Positions 58,090 through 64,000 of a DNA stretch of 64,000 nt are shown piece by piece. Origin of the DNA: Wenzhouxiangella sp. (GTDB taxonomy: Bacteria > Pseudomonadota > Gammaproteobacteria > Xanthomonadales > Wenzhouxiangellaceae); assembly GCA_046540955.1 (NCBI GenBank), contig JBKHEF010000013.1:1104-65103 (forward strand), in the 5' to 3' direction. Position 1 is the stretch's first letter. Each line of letters begins with the position of its first letter. The translations under genes and the position numbers were made by a program. The notes beneath the pieces are model-generated. The model was not told the DNA's origin, did no database searches, and was given only the letters and a program-made list of their open reading frames with translations.

Positions 58090-61000
58090 ATGAACCTGTT
58101 CAAGCTCAGCCACGCCAACCCGGTTGCCACGATCGTGGTCTTCCTGATCGTCGGCATCATGGGCTTGGCCGCCCTGGTGAACCTGCCCGTGCAGCTCACG
58201 CCGAATCTCGAGCGGCCCAGCATCGTCATTCTCAATTTCTGGCGCTCGGCGGCACCGGCCGAGATGGAATCGGAAATCGTCGAGCCGCAGGAGGAGGTGC
58301 TGCGCTCCATCGCCGGGCTGGAGCGGATCAATTCCTCGGTGCGGGCCGGTTTGAGCATCACCACGCTTTCGTTCGAGGTCGGCGCCGACATGCAGGCAAA
58401 ACTCATGGAGGTGATCAACGCCATGAACCAGGCCCCGCCGCGCCCGCGTGACGCGCGCGAACCGATCATCAGTCTGGGGGGACTGGAGCAGCCGCTGGCG
58501 ACCCTGCTGATCCGCAAGACACAAGACGGCGCCGACGACGACTTCACCGGCGAGCAGGAACTGATCCGCCAGACCGTGGCGCCCGCCCTGCGCGCCATTG
58601 AGGGGGTGAGCGACGTCGGGCTCAACAGCTTCCGCGAACCGCAGCTCGAAATCGTTTTCGACCCCTACCGCATGGCGGCGCTGGGCCTGGACCTGGACAG
58701 CCTGATCGCGCGCATCCGCAGCTCCGGCAATGTGTCCGGGGGGTTCGCGCCGGTCGGGCGAAGAGAGTACACGGTGCGCTTTGCCGGCCAGTTCGTCGGC
58801 GATCAGTGGGCCGAGATGATCGTGGCCTACAACGACGGACGGCCGGTCAAGCTGGGCGAAATCGCCGAGGTCCGCCAGGGCCACGAGCCCCTGCGCGGCT
58901 TTGCCTACCGCGACGGCGCTCCGGCGTTCTACATCCAGCTGTTTGCGGCCACCAACGCCAACACGGTCGAGCTCATGGCCGAGCTCAAAGAGCAGGTGAC
59001 CCGGCTCAACGCCGATCATCTCTCGAGAGCCGACCTGGAGCTGGTGCTCAGCTTCGATTCCTCGGAGCACATCAAGCGCGCCATCGCCCTGGTGCAGGGC
59101 AACCTCGGACTGGGCATCGTGCTGGCCATGGGCCTGCTCTACCTGATGCTGCGCGGCTGGCGGGCGACCGCGCTGATCGCGCTCACCATTCCGTTTTCGC
59201 TCCTGGCCGCCCTGCTGGCGCTCGACTGGCTTGGCCGCAGCCTGAACATCATTTCGCTGGCCGGGCTGGCCTTCGCCGTGGGCCTGGTGCTCGATGCCGC
59301 CATCGTGGTCCAGGAGAACATCGTGCGCCTGCTGCAGCACGGCAAGCCGCTGAACAAAGCGGTGCTGCAGGGCACGACCGAAGTCGCGCCGGCGCTGTTT
59401 GCCTCCACCCTGACGACGGTGGCGATCTTTACCCCGATCGTGTTCATGCAGGGGGTGGAAGGGCAGTTGTTCTTCGACCTGGCCGTGAGCATGGCGGTCG
59501 CGGTCTGCGCCTCGATGCTGGGTGCGTTCTTCCTGGTGCCGGTCGTGGCCGGCGTCATCCTGCGTCGCCGCGACGTCGGCGCCCAGCCGCCGCGCTTCTG
59601 GCACCGCCTGGCCCGGCGCTACCTGGGCCTGGCCGGCAGCGACCGGCGGGCGCTGGTCTGGCTGGTGCTGCTCGGACCCGGCGCGGCGGCGCTGATCTGG
59701 GCGCTGCTGCCCGAGACCGACTTTTTGCCCGAGGCCAAGTGGGAGGGCATCATGACCGTATTCTCGGTGCCGCCGGGGGCCAGCTACGAAACCCTGGACA
59801 AGGAAATCGGGCGCACCGTCGTGCGTCGGCTCGAACCCTATCGCACAGGGCAGAAGTCACCGGCCATTCGCGGCTACAACCTGGCGATGAGCGAGGGTGG
59901 CAAGGTCCTGTTCGTCTACCCGCAAGATCCGCGCGAAGTCCAGGCCGTGCTTGATCTGCTGCGCAGCGAAATTCTCGTCAACCTGCCCGACACCCGCGCG
60001 TTCGCGTTCCAGTCTTCGCTGCTTAGCCTGAACGTCGGCGGCGCGCGTTCGGTCTTCCTGAACTTCACCGGCGAACTCGACCGGGCTTCGCGCCAGGTGG
60101 CCGCCCGGACCATGCAGCGCATCAGCAGTGAGATTCCCGGGTCTGTGATCCGGCCGCTGCCGGGCCTGAACGATGCCCAGCCCGAGCTCATCCTGACCCC
60201 CCACGATCATGCCGTTGCCCAGGCCGGCCTGAATCGCAACCAGGTCGCCGACATGGTTCGTGCGGTCACCGGCGGCCTGTATGTCGGTGAGCAGTTCGAC
60301 GGCAACCGGCGCCAGGACATCATCCTCAAAGCACCCGACTGGACCACCCCCGAGCAGCTCCAGGCGATTCCCATGGCCACGCCCTCAAGCGGGGTGCAGA
60401 CCCTGGGTCAGCTCACCCACGCCAGCCGCCAGGCCGGTCCCAGCCAGCTGCGGCGCGATAACGGCGAGCGCGCGCTGACCCTGGCGATCACGCCGCCGGC
60501 GGACATGTCGCTGGAAGCCACGCTGGCCAGGCTGGCCCCGATCATGGACGAGGTCAGGTCCCAGCTCAGCCCCGGCATCCACCTGCGGCTCTCGGGCGGG
60601 TCCGACGACCTGGCCGACACGATCGCAACCATGACCTGGAACTTTGCCTTTGCAGTGCTGGTGCTGTTTTTGCTGATGACCGCGCTGTTCCGCTCCGCGC
60701 TCGACAGCCTGGTCGTGCTGGCCTCCATGCCCATGGCCCTGGCCGGCGGCGTGCTGGGGCTGCGCGCGCTGAACCTGTTTGCCTTCCAGTCGCTCGACCT
60801 GCTGACCATGATCGGCTTCGTGATCCTCATGGGGCTGGTGGTCAACAACGCCATCCTGCTGATCGACCGGGCTCGCCGCGGCAGGATCGAGGGGCTGTCG
60901 GCCGAAGAATCGATCCGCATGGCGGTCGAAACGCGGGTCCGACCAATCTGGATGAGCACCCTGACCTCGGTGGTCGGGATGCTGCCGCTGGTGCTGGTGC

Positions 61001-61170
61001 CGGGGGTGGGCAGCGAGATCTACCGCGGACTGGCCGTGGTCATCGTCGGCGGCATGCTCGCCAGCACCTTGTTCACCGTCCTGTTCATGGCCTCGGCGCT
61101 GCGCTGGCGCGCCATCTTTAGCACGCGCCGCGTCCGCACCGCGCCCCGTTCCGTTCTTCAGACTTCCTGA
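58090..61170 (+). CDS. RND efflux permease (AcrB/MdtB-like)
   Basis: TM4 GLVLDAAIVVQEN, ASTLTT, TM10 GLVVNNAILL, RVRPIWMSTLT; start reassigned to MNLF at 58090. Confidence 0.93.
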   Translation: MNLFKLSHANPVATIVVFLIVGIMGLAALVNLPVQLTPNLERPSIVILNFWRSAAPAEMESEIVEPQEEVLRSIAGLERINSSVRAGLSITTLSFEVGADMQAKLMEVINAMNQAPPRPRDAREPIISLGGLEQPLATLLIRKTQDGADDDFTGEQELIRQTVAPALRAIEGVSDVGLNSFREPQLEIVFDPYRMAALGLDLDSLIARIRSSGNVSGGFAPVGRREYTVRFAGQFVGDQWAEMIVAYNDGRPVKLGEIAEVRQGHEPLRGFAYRDGAPAFYIQLFAATNANTVELMAELKEQVTRLNADHLSRADLELVLSFDSSEHIKRAIALVQGNLGLGIVLAMGLLYLMLRGWRATALIALTIPFSLLAALLALDWLGRSLNIISLAGLAFAVGLVLDAAIVVQENIVRLLQHGKPLNKAVLQGTTEVAPALFASTLTTVAIFTPIVFMQGVEGQLFFDLAVSMAVAVCASMLGAFFLVPVVAGVILRRRDVGAQPPRFWHRLARRYLGLAGSDRRALVWLVLLGPGAAALIWALLPETDFLPEAKWEGIMTVFSVPPGASYETLDKEIGRTVVRRLEPYRTGQKSPAIRGYNLAMSEGGKVLFVYPQDPREVQAVLDLLRSEILVNLPDTRAFAFQSSLLSLNVGGARSVFLNFTGELDRASRQVAARTMQRISSEIPGSVIRPLPGLNDAQPELILTPHDHAVAQAGLNRNQVADMVRAVTGGLYVGEQFDGNRRQDIILKAPDWTTPEQLQAIPMATPSSGVQTLGQLTHASRQAGPSQLRRDNGERALTLAITPPADMSLEATLARLAPIMDEVRSQLSPGIHLRLSGGSDDLADTIATMTWNFAFAVLVLFLLMTALFRSALDSLVVLASMPMALAGGVLGLRALNLFAFQSLDLLTMIGFVILMGLVVNNAILLIDRARRGRIEGLSAEESIRMAVETRVRPIWMSTLTSVVGMLPLVLVPGVGSEIYRGLAVVIVGGMLASTLFTVLFMASALRWRAIFSTRRVRTAPRSVLQTS

Positions 61171-61189
61171 CGCTTTGAGGAGATCCATC

Positions 61190-62284
61190 ATGAAACACGT
61201 CCAAATGATTACCTGTGCCGTTGTTGTCGCCGTCGTGGCCGCCCTGTCGCCGGGCGCCCCAAAAGCCCTGGCCGCGCCGAAGTCGGTGGTGTCGGTGGTC
61301 GCCGTTGAATCCGAGCAGGTCAGCCCGACCCTGATGGTGACCGGCACCGTTCAGAGCCGCCACGACTCGGCGGTCTCGGCCGGCATTGCCGGCTCGCTGG
61401 TCTGGGTTGCCGAGCCCGGCACCCGGGTGGCCATTGGCGAGCCGGTGGCCCGGCTGGATGCGCGTCCCTTCGAGCTGGCCGTGCGCGAGCTCGAGGCCCG
61501 CCTGAGCCGCAAACGGATTGAGATTCGGCGCCTGGAGCGCGACCTGGACCGCTACCGCCGACTGCAGGAGCAGCAGTCGATCTCGGCGCGCGAGGTCGAC
61601 GCCCTGGAGGCCGACCTGGCCATGGCGCGTACGGATGCCGAACTGCTCGAGGTCGAGATCGATCGAGCCCGCGATGACCTGGACCGGACCCGCATCATTG
61701 CGCCCTTCGACAGCGTGGTTGCACGGCGCTTCCAGCAGCAGGGTGAGAGCGTGTCCGCGACCCAGCCGGTGGTCAAGCTGGTCAGCACCGACGCGCTCGA
61801 GGTGCGTTTCCACGGGCCGCTGGCCCACAGCGCGCTGCCCGACGCGCTGGGCAAGCTGCGCGTGCACTGGTCAAGCGGCAGCGCCGAGATGGCCGTCCGC
61901 GCCACGGTGCCGGTCAGCGACGAGCAGTCGCAGAGTTTCCTGGGCTATCTGAGCGTGCCCGGGGAGTTGGCGGCGCAGTTTCGCATCGGCCAGCTGATCA
62001 GCGTGGCCGTGCCGACGGCGCTGCCGTCAACCCAGTTCATCGTGCCGCGTGATGCGCTGGTGCTGGGCGAGAAGCAGATTCGGGTGTTCGTGCTCGATGA
62101 CGAGGGCCGGGCGCTGGCGATACCGGTGGAAGTGGGCGCCGATCACGGCGACTACATCAGCGTCAGCGGCGCGCTCGCCACCGGCCAGCAGGTCATCGTG
62201 CGCGGTGCCGAGTCCATTCGCAGCGGCGACCTGGTCAGCGTGCTGTCTCCGGAAGAGTTTCCGGTGACTACCCTGGAAAGCTAG
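61190..62284 (+). CDS. RND membrane-fusion protein
   Basis: N-terminal anchor, lipoyl/hairpin, IIAPFDSVV, VPRDAL, GQQVIVRG; GAGGAG RBS. Confidence 0.92.
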   Translation: MKHVQMITCAVVVAVVAALSPGAPKALAAPKSVVSVVAVESEQVSPTLMVTGTVQSRHDSAVSAGIAGSLVWVAEPGTRVAIGEPVARLDARPFELAVRELEARLSRKRIEIRRLERDLDRYRRLQEQQSISAREVDALEADLAMARTDAELLEVEIDRARDDLDRTRIIAPFDSVVARRFQQQGESVSATQPVVKLVSTDALEVRFHGPLAHSALPDALGKLRVHWSSGSAEMAVRATVPVSDEQSQSFLGYLSVPGELAAQFRIGQLISVAVPTALPSTQFIVPRDALVLGEKQIRVFVLDDEGRALAIPVEVGADHGDYISVSGALATGQQVIVRGAESIRSGDLVSVLSPEEFPVTTLES

Positions 62285-62291
62285 CGGCCCA

Positions 62292-63761
62292 CTACCCGGA
62301 TACCGGATTGCCTGCCCGCGGCGGCAGGCGATCCAGCAACGCCCGGAAACGCCGATCGTTGCGCAGCGGCTGGTAGATCGGATCGACGTTGAGCAGCAGC
62401 ACCGGCGGCTGGCGCTCATCGACGGCCTCGTTCAGCCAGCGGAAAGCGGCCTCGTGGCGGCCGGAGTGAATGGCGTACCGGGCCCAGCTGATTGGCGGGA
62501 TGTAGTGACCGATGTTGGCTTCCAGGCGCTCGTCGAGAAAGCGCGCGAAGAGCGCGGCCATGCCGCGTTCGCGATACCAGCCGGCATACTGCGCGATCTG
62601 CGACTCGTCGATGCCGGCGTTGTCCATCAGCGTGACCAGCTGCTCGAACGCCAGCTCGTCCTCGCCCAGCAGCAGCGCGATCCGAAGCATCATGCGCTGA
62701 AAATAACGCGATTCCGGCTCACTCATGATCAGGCGCTTGACTTCGGCCAGCGCCCGCTCCAGCTCGCCGCGCATGTAATAGACAAAGGTCATGTTGACGA
62801 ACCGGTAAGAGGCCGGATTGGTCCGGCGCAATTCATTCAAGACCTCTTCGGCGCGTTCGAACTCGCCCAGCATGAGCAGCAGCTCACTGTAGGGCAGGTA
62901 GCTGCGGGGGTTGTCCGGGTCGATCTCCAGCGCGTGCAAGAATGCCTGCTCGGACCGTTCTATGTCCCAGTCTGCCAGCAGGTAGACCTCGCCCTTGAGC
63001 AGCCAGGCCTCGGTATTGGCCGGATCCAGCGCCAGCACCCGATCGAGCAGGGCGTGGGCCTCCTCGGCAAAGAGCTCGATATCCAGATGACCATCGAGCG
63101 CGCTGAGCTGCATTTTGGCCTGGGCAATACCGAGGTAGGCGGCGGCCGCGTCGGGATCCTCTTTCAGGACCTCGCGGAAATCGGCAACCGCCTGGCGGAG
63201 ATCTTCGGCGCTGTCGCTGCCCAGGCGTTGTTGCGCCTGCCCCAGCAGCGCGCTCAGCTCGCCGGTCGGGGCCTCGACGGTCGGCGCTGCGGCGGCCACG
63301 TCCGGCTCTATCGCCGGCTCCCGGCTGGTCCACCAGGCGCCGGCGGCTGCAATCAGCAGCGCAGCCAGCGCCAGGCCTGAAAGCATCTTTCGTCGAGGAT
63401 GCGGCGTTTGCGGGGTGGTCGTGCTTTCAACCGCCGCGTCGACCCGGTCGACCCGGGGCAGCCACAGGTAGCCGGTCCCGGTTACCGTGCGGATGTATTT
63501 CGGCGCCGCGGCGCGGTCGCCCAGCACCCGGCGCAGCTTGCTGACGGCCACCGACAGGCTGTCCTCGTTGACCACCCGCCCCGGCCAGATCTCTTCCATC
63601 AGCCAGGTCTTGGTCAGCACCTGGCCCGGCCGGCGGCAAAAGGCATGCAGCAGATCGGCGACCTTCTGCTCCAGAATCAGGTCCTCGTCCCCGCGCCGCA
63701 GCCGGCCTTCGCTGGGCGCGAAAGAAAAGTTTTCAAACCTGTAAAGCGATGGCTTTTCCAT
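62292..63761 (-). CDS. CadC/ToxR-like membrane regulator: wHTH-TM-TPR
   Basis: Trans_reg_C (IWPGRVV...SLSVAVSKLRRVLGD...YIRTVTGTGY), a single TM, TPR repeats, DPIYQPLRNDRRF tail. Confidence 0.9.
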   Translation of the reverse strand: MEKPSLYRFENFSFAPSEGRLRRGDEDLILEQKVADLLHAFCRRPGQVLTKTWLMEEIWPGRVVNEDSLSVAVSKLRRVLGDRAAAPKYIRTVTGTGYLWLPRVDRVDAAVESTTTPQTPHPRRKMLSGLALAALLIAAAGAWWTSREPAIEPDVAAAAPTVEAPTGELSALLGQAQQRLGSDSAEDLRQAVADFREVLKEDPDAAAAYLGIAQAKMQLSALDGHLDIELFAEEAHALLDRVLALDPANTEAWLLKGEVYLLADWDIERSEQAFLHALEIDPDNPRSYLPYSELLLMLGEFERAEEVLNELRRTNPASYRFVNMTFVYYMRGELERALAEVKRLIMSEPESRYFQRMMLRIALLLGEDELAFEQLVTLMDNAGIDESQIAQYAGWYRERGMAALFARFLDERLEANIGHYIPPISWARYAIHSGRHEAAFRWLNEAVDERQPPVLLLNVDPIYQPLRNDRRFRALLDRLPPRAGNPVSG

Positions 63762-63767
63762 GGGCGT

Positions 63768-64000
63768 TTACGGCCGGGCGGTGACTTTTCTCAGCAGCTG
63801 GGCGCGTTCCGGAAAACTCCGGACCAGCCGTTGATCAGCAGTGACCAACGGAATCTCCAGATATTCCGCCAGCGCTACGAACTCGCAATCATAAGCCGAA
63901 CAGCCCGATTTCGCCGCCAGCCGGAGCACCTCTGCCGAGTCCACCGCAAAAGCCTTTTGCAGCAGCAACTGTTCTGCCTGCTGCTGAATGGCCTGGGCAT
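63768..64000 (-). CDS. PIN-domain VapC toxin (3' part; 5' off window)
   Basis: SAYDCEFVALA...LVTADQRL. Confidence 0.85.
   Translation of the reverse strand, partial: AQAIQQQAEQLLLQKAFAVDSAEVLRLAAKSGCSAYDCEFVALAEYLEIPLVTADQRLVRSFPERAQLLRKVTARP

Overview
GC-rich bacterial chromosomal window with about 45 CDS. It is probably a gammaproteobacterium; the gene content is reminiscent of Wenzhouxiangella/Xanthomonadales-like aquatic bacteria, which is an inference only. Left to right: (1) the start of a light-harvesting operon (xanthorhodopsin-type DTE proton pump, crtE, crtI running off the left edge); (2) a minus-strand run of penicillin-acylase-like hydrolase, an atypical cyanophycin-synthetase-like protein, an ornithine cyclodeaminase homolog, an MFSD1-like MFS and dipeptidyl peptidase IV; (3) housekeeping and amino-acid genes (efpL, tyrA, thrE-like, argE, PhzF-like, 2OG oxygenase, aminotransferase, ppc); (4) an AT-richer secreted orphan, a TonB receptor and a large GGDEF-EAL sensor; (5) a ~24 kb beta-glucan/sugar utilisation locus (GPH and sugar-porter MFS, GH3, GH2-TIM/GH158-like, LacI with three matching operators, TBDR) that runs through a halogenase-SapC-JmjC-halogenase cassette into a complete Entner-Doudoroff operon; (6) an RND pair, a CadC-like wHTH-TPR regulator and a partial VapC. 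I saw no rRNA, tRNA, CRISPR array or transposase. The two best novelty candidates are the CphA-like protein with an apparently dead ATP-grasp but intact Mur-ligase domain coupled to an OCD homolog, and the halogenase cassette embedded in a glycan-catabolic transcription unit. All calls come from reading motifs by eye; no searches were run.
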